Assembly (NCBI GenBank): GCA_963792965.1
Contig: CAWBYW010000009.1
Location: 32,001 to 96,000 of the forward strand
DNA: 64,000 bases
Reading direction: 5' to 3'
DNA from: an uncultured delta proteobacterium
GTDB lineage: Bacteria; Desulfobacterota; Zymogenia; Zymogenales; Zymogenaceae
The translations under genes and the position numbers were made by a program. Below, piece after piece: positions 48,792-59,003 of the stretch (its first letter is position 1; each line of letters starts with the position of its first letter). Below the pieces are notes generated by a model. That model was not told where the DNA came from. It did not search any database and saw only the letters and a list, made by a program, of their open reading frames with translations.

Positions 48792-49415
48792 TTACTTGTA
48801 GATGATCTTGAACTCAACCCTTCTGTTTTTCATACGGCCGGCTTCCGTCGCATTGCTCTCTGCGGGCATATATTCGCCCCAGCTGACGGTGGAAAGCCGT
48901 GATTCGGGAACCTCATAAATCATGAGGGTCTCTTTCACGGACTCGGCACGCTTCTGGCCGAGCCAGCAATTGTACTTCTCAGTACCGATATCGCAGGTAT
49001 GTCCCTGAATCTCTACGTTGACATCGGGATACCGATTCATGGTATCGGCCATGTGGTAAAGAACGGGATAATACACGGGCCTGATGTAGTACTTATCAAA
49101 GTCGAAATAGATGACCTTGCAGAGTTTGAGCTTGTCTACGCCCTCTGCGATCTTCTCATTGGCGATCGCCAGATGTTCTCTGAATCTGTCGATCTTGAGC
49201 TCGTTGAGGTGATGCTCAGCGAACTCGAGCTCGGCCTCGGCGATCGCGTACTCAACGGGAGTACACTTCTTCATTCCAAGGGCCGTAGCTTTTTCAAAAT
49301 CGGCCTTTGCCGCATTCAGCGCATCATAGCTGGGACCGGAGGTAACCGCTCCACATCCCACCAGAAGCGCCACTGCAGCAAATGCCATGATTGCTACAAT
49401 GATTCTCCCCTTCAT
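48792..49415 (-). CDS. Lipoprotein with DUF4398-like helical domain and OmpA C-terminal peptidoglycan-binding domain
   Basis: Lipobox LVGC; IYFDFDK, GHTC, KRAESV, NRRVEF. Confidence 0.88.
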   Translation of the reverse strand: MKGRIIVAIMAFAAVALLVGCGAVTSGPSYDALNAAKADFEKATALGMKKCTPVEYAIAEAELEFAEHHLNELKIDRFREHLAIANEKIAEGVDKLKLCKVIYFDFDKYYIRPVYYPVLYHMADTMNRYPDVNVEIQGHTCDIGTEKYNCWLGQKRAESVKETLMIYEVPESRLSTVSWGEYMPAESNATEAGRMKNRRVEFKIIYK

Positions 49416-49433
49416 TTATAATTACCTCCATTG

Positions 49434-49760
49434 TTAATCCATCATCGATAAGCACGGCGACACGGCACACGGAGGAGCTGCCAGGGCGGCGTCGGACATC
49501 TTCTTGGACTTGTTAGCCCACTCCAGAGCCTTGCACCAATCCTTATCGGCCTTGACCTCCTTAGCGCCGGCGAGATACGCGATACCGCTGGCCGTCTCGT
49601 ACGGAGCGCAGGTAATGGTACCCTTCGCCTTGGCCTGATCAACCGCTGCCTGAGCGTCGGCGATAGCGTGCCTGCTGGCGAAGTAGCAGCAACCGAAGGA
49701 CGATGCCGCAAAAGCCACAACCAAAATAGCTATTAATACTTTTCTCATTAGGTTTTTCAC
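49434..49760 (-). CDS. DUF4398-like small lipoprotein
   Basis: Lipobox SFGC; AQAAVDQAKAKG..CAPYE..A pattern; upstream of the OmpA partner. Confidence 0.72.
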   Translation of the reverse strand: MKNLMRKVLIAILVVAFAASSFGCCYFASRHAIADAQAAVDQAKAKGTITCAPYETASGIAYLAGAKEVKADKDWCKALEWANKSKKMSDAALAAPPCAVSPCLSMMD

Positions 49761-49986
49761 CTCCTTTCAAAAAAACTGCGAACTGTTTCCCTCTCTTTTT
49801 TCCCTGCAAAACATTAGAAATACCCTACAGGGTTTTAATATATTATGAAAGTGTACCTCTTGTCAAGCAAAAGATGTGCTGGAAATTAGATATTTTTAAT
49901 ATTTATCGAGAGTTATCAGATACTTCCACCAAAATAGGTATTCCATTCTCGCGTCTCGATGAATCCGTTTCCCCGTAGGGCGCCTA

Positions 49987-50877
49987 TTACATCACGCCTT
50001 CGTGCTCCCACCCCTTGGTGAGGGCATCGACGGCCCTGATTCTCTCCAATAGTGCCGAAAGGCCAGCGAGGGGGAATTGGTTGGTGGCGTCGCAGAGAGC
50101 CCGCGGCGGGTCGGGGTGCACTTCCATAAATATCCCGTCCACCCCCACGGCGACCGCCCCGAGGGCAAGATATGGGATAAAGCGACGGTCTCCGCCCGTT
50201 GTCGTCCCGCCCGCCCCGGGCAGTTGGACGCTGTGGGTGGCATCGAAAACCACCGCCGGATGCTCGCCGGACGCGGCTGTGCCGGAGGAGCCTTCCCTGG
50301 CGGCGATCAGCCATTTCCGCATGATCGGCAGCGCCCGAAAATCGACGACGAGATTATGATACCCAAACGTCGCCCCCCGCTCGGTGATGATGATAGAGCG
50401 ATTGCCGACGCTCTCGATCTTCTCAACGATCCCGACGACATCCTCGGGCGCCAGGAATTGCCCTTTCTTGACGTTTACCGGTTTGCCGGTCTTTCCCGCC
50501 GCCACCAAAAGGTCGGTCTGGCGGCAGAGAAACGCCGGTATCTGGATGACATCGAGGACCTCGGCCGCCCGCCGGGCCTCATCCACGCTGTGCACGTCGG
50601 ACAGCACCGGGACCCCGACCTCTTTCTTGACCCGATCCAGGATGTTCAGCCCCTCGTCGAGCCCGGGCCCGCGGGCCGACGAAACGCTCGTGCGGTTGGC
50701 CTTATCGTAGGACGACTTATAGATATAGGGAATGGAAAGCTTCTCAGCTATGGCTCTGATCTTCTCGGCGACCTCAAGCGCCGTCTTCTCGCCCTCGATG
50801 ACGCAGGGTCCCGCGATCAGGACGAACGGCCTGCCTCCGCCCATCTCTACTGGGCCGATCTTCACGATCCGGGTCAT
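49987..50877 (-). CDS. kdsA: KDO 8-phosphate synthase
   Basis: [39 protein letters not shown]. Confidence 0.96.
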   Translation of the reverse strand: MTRIVKIGPVEMGGGRPFVLIAGPCVIEGEKTALEVAEKIRAIAEKLSIPYIYKSSYDKANRTSVSSARGPGLDEGLNILDRVKKEVGVPVLSDVHSVDEARRAAEVLDVIQIPAFLCRQTDLLVAAGKTGKPVNVKKGQFLAPEDVVGIVEKIESVGNRSIIITERGATFGYHNLVVDFRALPIMRKWLIAAREGSSGTAASGEHPAVVFDATHSVQLPGAGGTTTGGDRRFIPYLALGAVAVGVDGIFMEVHPDPPRALCDATNQFPLAGLSALLERIRAVDALTKGWEHEGVM

Positions 50878-52466
50878 TTGGCCGCCGCCTCGATAAATGC
50901 GACAAAGAGCGGATGGGGCGCGATGGGTCTGGACTTGAACTCCGGGTGAAACTGGCAGCCCAAAAACCATTTGAGGTCGGGAAGCTCGATGATCTCGACG
51001 AGATCCCGCGCCGGATTTATGCCTGAGATCACCATCCCCTTCTTTTCCACCTCGGCCCGGTATTTGTTGTTGAACTCAAAGCGATGTCGGTGCCGCTCCC
51101 AGATGGTGAGGGATTTATAAGCTTTATGAGCAAGGCTGCCCTTCTTGAGCTCGCACTCATAGGCACCCAGCCGCATTGTTCCACCCATCTTATCGATATT
51201 TTTCTGATCAGACATAAGGTCGATGATCGGGCAGTCCGTGTCTTTATTGAACTCGGTGGAGTTTGCCCCCTCGTATCCGCACAGCGTCCGCATGAACTCC
51301 GCCACCGCAAGCTGCATACCCAGGCAGATCCCGAAGAACGGGAGGTTCTTCTCACGGGCGTACCTGATCGCCTTGATCTTTCCCTCGATCCCCCGCGATC
51401 CAAAGCCCCCCGGCACGAGAATGCCGTCGGCCTTCCCAAGCAGTGTTTCCGGCCCCTGGGACTCGATCTTCTCCGCGTCCACAAAGTCGACGTTGACCCG
51501 GCATCCGCTCGGGATACCGCCGTGGACAAGCGCCTCGTTGAGGCTCTTGTACGATTCTACCAGGTTCACGTACTTGCCGACGATGGCGATGGTAACCTCG
51601 GACACGGGGTTCTTGATCTTGTTAACGATGCCCTCCCAGACTGACAGGTCGGGGGCCTTCGTCCACATGTTGAGCTTCTCTACGATTCGGTCGTCCAGCC
51701 CCTCCTTGTTGAACATGAGGGGGACCTCGTAGATCGAGGCCACGTCCGCGGCCGATATCACCGACTCCACCTCGACGTTGCAGAAGAGCGCGATTTTCTT
51801 CTTGAGATCTATGGACAGAGAACGATCCGAGCGGCAGATAAGGACGTCGGGCTGGATACCGATCTCCCGGAGCTTCATAACGGAATGCTGGGTCGGTTTC
51901 GTCTTGAGCTCGCCCGCGGTCCGGACGTAGGGCACGAGCGTCACGTGAAGATAGAGGGCGTGGTGGTCTCCGAGGTCCCATCGAAGCTGGCGGATCGCCT
52001 CGAGGAATGGGAGACTCTCGATATCCCCGACGGTGCCCCCGACCTCCACGATCACGATGTCGACGCCGTCGGAAAGCGCCACGATGTTGCTCTTTATCTC
52101 GTCGGTGATGTGCGGGATTACCTGGACTGTGCCGCCGAGGTACTCTCCTTTGCGTTCCTTGGTGATGACCGAGTCGTAGATCTTGCCGGTGGTGATATTA
52201 TTGGCCTTCCCGAGGCGTGCCGACGTGAACCGCTCGTAGTGGCCCAGGTCGAGATCGGTCTCGGCCCCGTCATCGGTGACGAACACCTCTCCGTGCTGGA
52301 AGGGGTTCATGGTACCGGGATCTACGTTGATGTATGGATCGAGCTTGAGGAACGTGACCGAAAGCCCCCGGCATTCCATGAGGGCCCCTACCGACGCCGC
52401 CGTAAGGCCCTTGCCGAGGGATGACAGGACCCCACCCGTGACAAAGATGAACTTCGTTTTTCTCAT
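50874..52466 (-). CDS. pyrG: CTP synthase
   Basis: [33 protein letters not shown]. Confidence 0.98.
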   Translation of the reverse strand: MRKTKFIFVTGGVLSSLGKGLTAASVGALMECRGLSVTFLKLDPYINVDPGTMNPFQHGEVFVTDDGAETDLDLGHYERFTSARLGKANNITTGKIYDSVITKERKGEYLGGTVQVIPHITDEIKSNIVALSDGVDIVIVEVGGTVGDIESLPFLEAIRQLRWDLGDHHALYLHVTLVPYVRTAGELKTKPTQHSVMKLREIGIQPDVLICRSDRSLSIDLKKKIALFCNVEVESVISAADVASIYEVPLMFNKEGLDDRIVEKLNMWTKAPDLSVWEGIVNKIKNPVSEVTIAIVGKYVNLVESYKSLNEALVHGGIPSGCRVNVDFVDAEKIESQGPETLLGKADGILVPGGFGSRGIEGKIKAIRYAREKNLPFFGICLGMQLAVAEFMRTLCGYEGANSTEFNKDTDCPIIDLMSDQKNIDKMGGTMRLGAYECELKKGSLAHKAYKSLTIWERHRHRFEFNNKYRAEVEKKGMVISGINPARDLVEIIELPDLKWFLGCQFHPEFKSRPIAPHPLFVAFIEAAAK

Positions 52467-53227
52467 AACACCAACCTTCCGTCTTGTACGAGCCGCTCGA
52501 GTTTTTTCAGATCCTCCGGCGTGTTCACATCCGCCCCACTGTAGTCGGTATGAACCACCCGGATAGGATACCCGTGCTCGAGGGCGCGCAGTTGTTCGAG
52601 GTTTTCGGCCTTTTCGAGCGGTGTCTGATTAAGGCCGATAAAGGTCAAGAGGAAATCGCGGCGAAAGACATAGAGCCCGACATGCCACCGATAGGTCCCC
52701 GACGAAACATCGTAGGTGCCCTCTCGCGAGCCCGGCAGCACGCTGCGGGAAAAATAGAGGGCATTGCCGTTGATATCGGTGACCACCTTGACAACGTGGG
52801 GCGACAACAGGTCGTCTATATCGGTAATCGGCGCCGCGAGCGTCGACATCACGATCGCGTCGTCCTCAAGCAAAGGTGAGATGGCTGCATCGATCGCCGC
52901 AGGGTCAACGGCCGGCTCGTCCCCCTGGACGTTCACAACGATATCGCACGAGATATCACGGACGGCTTCCCCGATGCGGTCGGTGCCGGTCGGATGGTCC
53001 GGGGAGGTCATGACGACCTCTCCTCCGAATCCTTTCACACAGTCAAAAATCCGACTATCGTCGGTGGCGACCAGCACGCGGTCGACGTATCGTGCCCGAG
53101 ACGCCTTCGTGGCCGCGTACTGGATCACCGGTTTCCCGGCAAGAGAAGCGAGGAGTTTTCCGGGAAACCGGCTGGAGGCATACCGGGCCGGGATCACGGC
53201 AACAACTCCCTTCCTTTTTTCGCTCAT
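52463..53227 (-). CDS. kdsB: 3-deoxy-manno-octulosonate cytidylyltransferase
   Basis: [34 protein letters not shown]. Confidence 0.96.
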   Translation of the reverse strand: MSEKRKGVVAVIPARYASSRFPGKLLASLAGKPVIQYAATKASRARYVDRVLVATDDSRIFDCVKGFGGEVVMTSPDHPTGTDRIGEAVRDISCDIVVNVQGDEPAVDPAAIDAAISPLLEDDAIVMSTLAAPITDIDDLLSPHVVKVVTDINGNALYFSRSVLPGSREGTYDVSSGTYRWHVGLYVFRRDFLLTFIGLNQTPLEKAENLEQLRALEHGYPIRVVHTDYSGADVNTPEDLKKLERLVQDGRLVL

Positions 53228-53282
53228 CCTCTCCTTTCAAAGGCGAGGGACGATAACGCCTCCCTCGAGACTAGCGGGGTCA

Positions 53283-54389
53283 TCAATGGCGCACGTCGAC
53301 GATCATCCCCGTTTTCACGTACGGCATCAGCCTCTCGAGGTCCTCATTTCTCATCCTGATACACCCCTCGGAGGCGGGCCCGCCGAGCTTTTCGGGCTCG
53401 TCGGTCCCATGTATGCCGATCCCCGACCACGGGGGAGTGGAAAGACTGATAAACCACGGCCCGTACGCGGGCCTTCCCTCGAAGATCCAGTCGGAGCTGT
53501 CATCAACAGACGAAACGGTGAAAGATCCCTCGGGCGTCCGGTTGTCACCGGCCTCTTTCTTGTCGGCCAGGTCCGGGTTCTTTCCGATCGAGACCGGATA
53601 GCGGGCAAGTAAGGTTCCCGCCAGATCGTAGACGGATAGCGTAAAGTCGGTCTTGCTAACGACGATCCTGACCTGAGGAATATGGACGCCCTCCGTCAAT
53701 CCGAGACGCTTCCTTGTGTTCTGATCAAACTCGAGCCCGAGCACCACCACGATATCTTTGAGCGAATCGACCGGCTCCATGGCGCCCGTACCCACCGCGG
53801 AAAAGACTTGTTTGGCCGGCCCCTCGAGGGACGGAGGGTAATAGGTTATGGTCTCGTAATAGTAGCGGTCGGCGTTGTCCGACGTATAGAACGCGTACTT
53901 CTTCGTGAGCCTCTGGTTGATCTTTATGGTCATCTCCTTTGCCAGTCCCTTCACGTTCGTGGCATTGAGGATGAGAATCACGGGCTCAATCTTGAGGGTC
54001 GGAAACGCGCCGACGATCGAATCCATGCCAAGGATGACCTGGATTCCGCCCGGGGCCAGTTCCTGCTGCGCGATGAGTTCACCGACCCCGATGATCTCTT
54101 TGATCTTCTTGGCCTGTTTCTCGTCGGAGGGGTTGTAGACGATTTCCGTGGTGACCTTATAATTGGAGAGATTCTTCGGCTCCCCGACGATATACTCGTT
54201 TTCCACGAGCTTCTTATTGATCTCTCGGGCAAGCCCCATCACGCCGACTTTTGTGCAGTACGCGTTGCACCCGTTGTAGATATTAACAATGGGTTTGGCC
54301 TTCCCGGGGAAAATTGAAGAGCCGCACCCCACTGTCGTCAAGAGGCAGATCGTCCCGGCGAGAAGGATCGCCGTCCATTTTTTCGGCAT
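53283..54389 (-). CDS. L,D-transpeptidase (YkuD) lipoprotein with two LytR_C-like domains
   Basis: Lipobox TVGC; two domains of pattern VxxxN...GLA...VxLG; GDNRTPEG, IHGT...SEGCIRM. Confidence 0.82.
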   Translation of the reverse strand: MPKKWTAILLAGTICLLTTVGCGSSIFPGKAKPIVNIYNGCNAYCTKVGVMGLAREINKKLVENEYIVGEPKNLSNYKVTTEIVYNPSDEKQAKKIKEIIGVGELIAQQELAPGGIQVILGMDSIVGAFPTLKIEPVILILNATNVKGLAKEMTIKINQRLTKKYAFYTSDNADRYYYETITYYPPSLEGPAKQVFSAVGTGAMEPVDSLKDIVVVLGLEFDQNTRKRLGLTEGVHIPQVRIVVSKTDFTLSVYDLAGTLLARYPVSIGKNPDLADKKEAGDNRTPEGSFTVSSVDDSSDWIFEGRPAYGPWFISLSTPPWSGIGIHGTDEPEKLGGPASEGCIRMRNEDLERLMPYVKTGMIVDVRH

Positions 54390-54689
54390 GAAGAAAACCT
54401 CCGGAAGTGGTGCTGACCGACCAATATATAACTAATTGATTATACTGGAGCGATCCGGGTGATGTCAATAAAAACCGCCGCCCCGACCGAGCGAATATCA
54501 TACTATTTGAGTTCGGTCGGGGAACCGACGCAGTCGATCTCACGTGCCTCAGACCCCGCGCACCCATCGGGCCGGCCGCTTGCCCTCGACGCCCCGACCG
54601 GATCGAGCTCCCGTTGTGTCGAAATAAATAGTTTTACAAAGCAACTCCTTTCGGGTATAATTTCGTTGGTCTTTAGATATCGGCGGACT

Positions 54690-55286
54690 ATGAGAATTAA
54701 CTGGAACCAGAAAGAGATGATCATGAAGATCGTCTATTTTGGACCCAGCCTTGGGGGGAAGACGACCAGCCTCCGCTACGTCCATTCGCAGCTGGCGCCT
54801 CAGGTAAGGGGCCAGTTCATGTCCGTCAATACGATGGAGGATCGCACCCTCTTTTTCGATTTCTTCGACCTTTCGATGAATGCCCAGGTCGGCGGGGGGA
54901 GGGTCAAGGTCCGCTTTGAGCTTTATACCGTGCCGGGCCAGGTGAAATACGAGGAAACGCGGCGGATTGTCATGAAGGGGGCCGACGGTGTCGTCTTCGT
55001 GGCCGACTCACAGAAAAGCAAAATGCCCGAAAACCTCTTCTCGCGCGCGGACCTCGATGAGATCCTTGTCGCCTATAACCAGGACCCCGAGACCTTTCCC
55101 ACCGTCATGCAGTACAACAAGAGGGACCTGGCCAACATCTCCTCGATAGAGGAGATGGCCGGCGCACTGAACCCCCGCAGCAGCTCGGAGTTCGCATCGG
55201 TCGCCATCACGGGCCGGCAGGTCATGGAGGCCCTCAAGGGAATATCGGCCGAGGTGATCAAAACCAACAAGAATAGATATTTATGA
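54690..55286 (+). CDS. MglA-like small GTPase
   Basis: KIVYFGPSLGGKTT, DRTLFFDF, YTVPGQ, DGVVFVADS, NKRD. Confidence 0.9.
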   Translation: MRINWNQKEMIMKIVYFGPSLGGKTTSLRYVHSQLAPQVRGQFMSVNTMEDRTLFFDFFDLSMNAQVGGGRVKVRFELYTVPGQVKYEETRRIVMKGADGVVFVADSQKSKMPENLFSRADLDEILVAYNQDPETFPTVMQYNKRDLANISSIEEMAGALNPRSSSEFASVAITGRQVMEALKGISAEVIKTNKNRYL

Positions 55287-55315
55287 GCACCCGCCGCGAG
55301 TCGGCGGGCTCTCTC

Positions 55316-55358
55316 GGCAACGAAAAAGGGGGACTATCGGTCCCCCTTTTTCGTTGCC
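55316..55358. terminator. Bidirectional intrinsic terminator
   Basis: Perfect 19-bp stem GGCAACGAAAAAGGGGGAC/GTCCCCCTTTTTCGTTGCC between convergent genes. Confidence 0.85.
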
Positions 55359-55366
55359 CGGAATCT

Positions 55367-56415
55367 TTATCGCTTCAGGTAGATGAACTTCGCATTGGGT
55401 CTGCCCACATAGCAGACTTTCGTGAACCCATAGTACTTGATGATATCATAGGACCTCTTGGCATTGTCATAGTTCTGGTTGAAGTCAAAAATCCAATGAC
55501 TCCCGTCCACGATCTTCCAGCTGCCCGACACGTATTTGACCTCGATGGTGTTGGGGTCAAACGAGACGCAGTCCTCCCCCCCACGTCGCCCGACGGCGCG
55601 GCGCCCGCGACCAGCCAGTATTCAAAGGGTGCGTTAGGCCGCCCCACAAAGCAGTGGCTGTCCATCCGATAGTATTTGATGATATCCAGCGACCTCTTGG
55701 CGTCAATGATGTTAAACCCGAAATCGAGCAGCCAGTGGCTGCCGTCGACGATCTTGAAACCTCCATTGACAAACGTGACGGTGAGGTTATCTACATTAAA
55801 GCCAATACAGTCCTCCGCAGGTTTCGTGGGGACAACGGGCGGAAGGATCGGTCCTATGGGCGTGATCGGCCCTATGGGAGTTATCGGCGTGAACACGGCG
55901 GTCTTCTTGAAGTAGGTCATCGAAGGGCTGGGCCTGCCGACGTAACAGATCTCGGAAAAGCCGTACTTCTTGATGATGTTAAAGGCCTCGTTTGCCTCGG
56001 CCTGGCTTTGCCCGAAATCGAGGAGCCAGTTACTTCCGTCGACGATCTTCCAGTTCCCGCCGACGTACGTGACCTGGATGGTGGCCGGGTTAAAGGAGAT
56101 GCAGTCCTCTCCGGGGATGCTCCCCATCGGGGCCGCCCCGCTCGCGAGCCAGTATTCCATGGAAGGATTAGGTCTGCCGACAAAACACTGGCTGTTGAGC
56201 CGGTAGTGCTGGATGATCTGGAGCGCTTTATACGCCTCGTCCTTATTGTTGCCGAAATCAAGGAGCCACATTGACCCGTCGACGACTTTATAGCTGCCGT
56301 TGAACAGGCCGACCTTGCAGTTGTCGGGGTTAAACGGGATACAATCCTCGGCCGCCGACAGCACAAAGGGCAGCGAGAGCAGGAGCATCACCATGATAAA
56401 GATGATTTTTTTCAT
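55367..56415 (-). CDS. Secreted protein with four ~70-aa Cys-paired repeats (frameshift in the homopolymer at ~55580)
   Basis: Signal peptide; repeat EDC-x-x-F...KIVDGS-x-W-x-x-DF...II-x-x-Y...C(F/Y)VGRP occurs four times, the fourth in the shifted frame. Confidence 0.82.
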
Positions 56416-56889
56416 AGTTCCTCCATACCAATAATAGGCGGTTTGTTTTAGATACATAGGATAACATTGCATGAGGGTCCTTTTCAATAGAAATCCCCGT
56501 GCTGTGGACGGCGACCCGCACCCGCTACGGGACCCTCGCCGATACCCTCAGACCCTGTTGTCACTATATCGCGTATCCCCCATGTTGCCTTGCGCTCGGT
56601 CACATTATCGGCAAAATTGCGTCCGCGGCGCGCTACGGGCACGCCAAACCCACGAGCCTCAAGAGGGTAATATTCACTGAAATGAATAGACATAAGATAA
56701 GATATGTATAAGATCAAAAATATTATATTGTATATTAGTAAAATTCTTTAGCACTAGGATTTTTTTCTGGTATAATATCTAACACACCAAAGCACGTGAA
56801 CTCTTTTTCTCGCTCAAGAACCACTCCGGGAAACCGGCAAGCGGGGTCCCCGTTTTACAAAATGAATCGGCCGTTTAAAGGACTCCCAT

Positions 56890-58927
56890 ATGGGTGAAAG
56901 ACCGATACAGGTTTTACTCATAGAAGACAATTCCTTTGACGTACAAGTCATACAGGACCTCCTTTCGCGCATCGACGGAAATCCATTCGAGCTGACCTCT
57001 TGCGGATGTCTGACCGACGGCATCGACGCCTTGATAAAAGATGGGCCGGATGTCCTTCTGCTTGACCTTAATCTTCCGGAGAGTAAAGGGCTCACCTCTC
57101 TCAACACGATCCTCTCCCTCAAGGCTCGGATACCCATTGTGATCGTCTCCGCCGACGGGGACCAGCGCATCGCCTTTGAAGCGGTAAAGCTTGGCGCCCA
57201 GGACTACCTCGTCAAGGGCCAGCTCTCCGATCATATCATTTCCCGCTCCATTCGCTACGCGATAGAGCGAAACCGCATCGAGGAAGAGCTCAAAAAGGCA
57301 CGCGAAGAGCTGGAGCAGAGGGTAATCGAGCGCACGGCCGAGCTGGCGCGGGTAAACGAGGAGCTGAAAAGGGAGATCATCGAGAGGAAACACGCGGAAG
57401 CGGTCCTCCGAGAATCCGAGGAAAAGTGGAGGAATCTCTTCGAGAACTCAATCGAGGCCGTCTTTACACTGGATCTCGAGGGGAGGATCACATCGGTGAA
57501 CGAGGCCGTGTTAACCCTCACGGGATATACCCGGGAGGAACTGATCGGGAAAGGCATACTCGACTTCATGAAGCACGACGCGGAGCACCAGCTCAATGAG
57601 CCGTTCACGCATCTTTTGAGGACCGGCCAGCCCCTTGTTAACCTTAACTACACACTGCTCACTAAAATCCGGCGACGAGCGGATCGTCGAGGGATATATC
57701 AACATCATCAGGAAAGAAAACAAGGCAAACGGTTTCCAGGGAACGCTGCGCGATATTACCGACAAGAAGAGGCTCGAGGCCCAGATCCTCCAGACCCAGA
57801 AGATGGAAGCTGTTGCCTCCCTGGCCGGGGGGATGGCGCACAATTTCAACAACATTCTCGTGGGGATCATGGGGTATGCCGAATATCTCCTGGCCAAGAA
57901 GGATAAAGAAGATCCCGACTACAAGGCCCTCACGACAATCTACGAGGGAACCGTCAGGGCCTCCGAATTGACCCGCCAGCTGTTGAACACCGCGCGGGCG
58001 GGAGAATATTATCCGCAAGAGATCAATCTCAACGACATCATCAAAAAGCTCCTTCCCCTGATACAAGGGACCTTCGACAAATCCATTGAGATCAAAACGG
58101 ACCTTGCCGCCAACCTCGCCCCGATCGAGGGAGACGCGGGTCAGCTGGAGCAGTCGCTGCTGAACCTTGCCATCAACGCGCGGGACGCGATGTCGTCCGA
58201 CGGGGTGCTCACGTTCAAGACGAAGAACCAGCATTTAGACGAGCGTTTTGTGAAAAACCACCTGGATGCCGGGGAGGGAGACTACGTGCTGTTGTCGGTC
58301 TCAGACACGGGCCACGGCATCTCACCACAGATACAGGGACGAATATTCGAGCCCTTCTTCACCACCAAGGAAGACAAGGGCGGCACCGGCATGGGGCTCT
58401 GTTCGGTCTACGGCATCGTCAAGAACCACAAGGGATTGATAACCGTCGCAAGTGACGTCGGGAAGGGAGCGACGTTTACCCTCTACTTCCCGACCGGCAG
58501 TGAGAAGGTTGAAGAAACGCAGTGGCCCGTGCTCAAAAAGAGGAAAGGCAAGAAAAATGAATTGATACTTCTTATCGATGACGAGCCGGTTGTGCGGGAA
58601 ATGTGGGGTGATTTCCTCAACACCCTCGGATACCGGGTCATCACGGCCCGGGACGGGAAGGAAGGCATCGGGGTGTTCGAGCAGAACCGAGACCAGATCG
58701 ATCTGGTGATTCTCGATCTGATCATGCCTCGTCTTGGCGGAAAGGAGACCCTCATCAGGATCAAGGAGATCAACCCTGACATAAAAGTGATCATCACCTC
58801 GGGGTACACCGAGTATGAAAAGATGAGGGAAATGCTCGGGAAAAAGACTGTCGGGTTTATACCCAAGCCTTCGCAGCTGGCGGAGATATCGCTGAAGATA
58901 CAGGAAGTCCTGCATAAGAAAGGGTGA
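56890..58927 (+). CDS. Hybrid sensor histidine kinase REC-PAS-HisKA-HATPase-REC (frameshift at ~57665)
   Basis: Joins ORFs 56890 and 57635; LLDLNLPE, AHNFNN, NARDAM, ILDLIMP. Confidence 0.92.
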
Positions 58928-59003
58928 CGAGCCGGAAGGCCCGCCACCCCTCATTGAGAAAACCGTTTGTCAGTTCAGCACTCGCCAGTCAATTCTCGCT
59001 GGC

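Noticed and set aside
11050-57665. Widespread pseudogenisation, phase variation or programmed frameshifting (about 12 frameshifts)
   Set aside because: Single-base indels, many in homopolymer runs, hit unrelated genes including the polA motif C region with no other decay. Sequencing or assembly error is most likely; read polishing would decide
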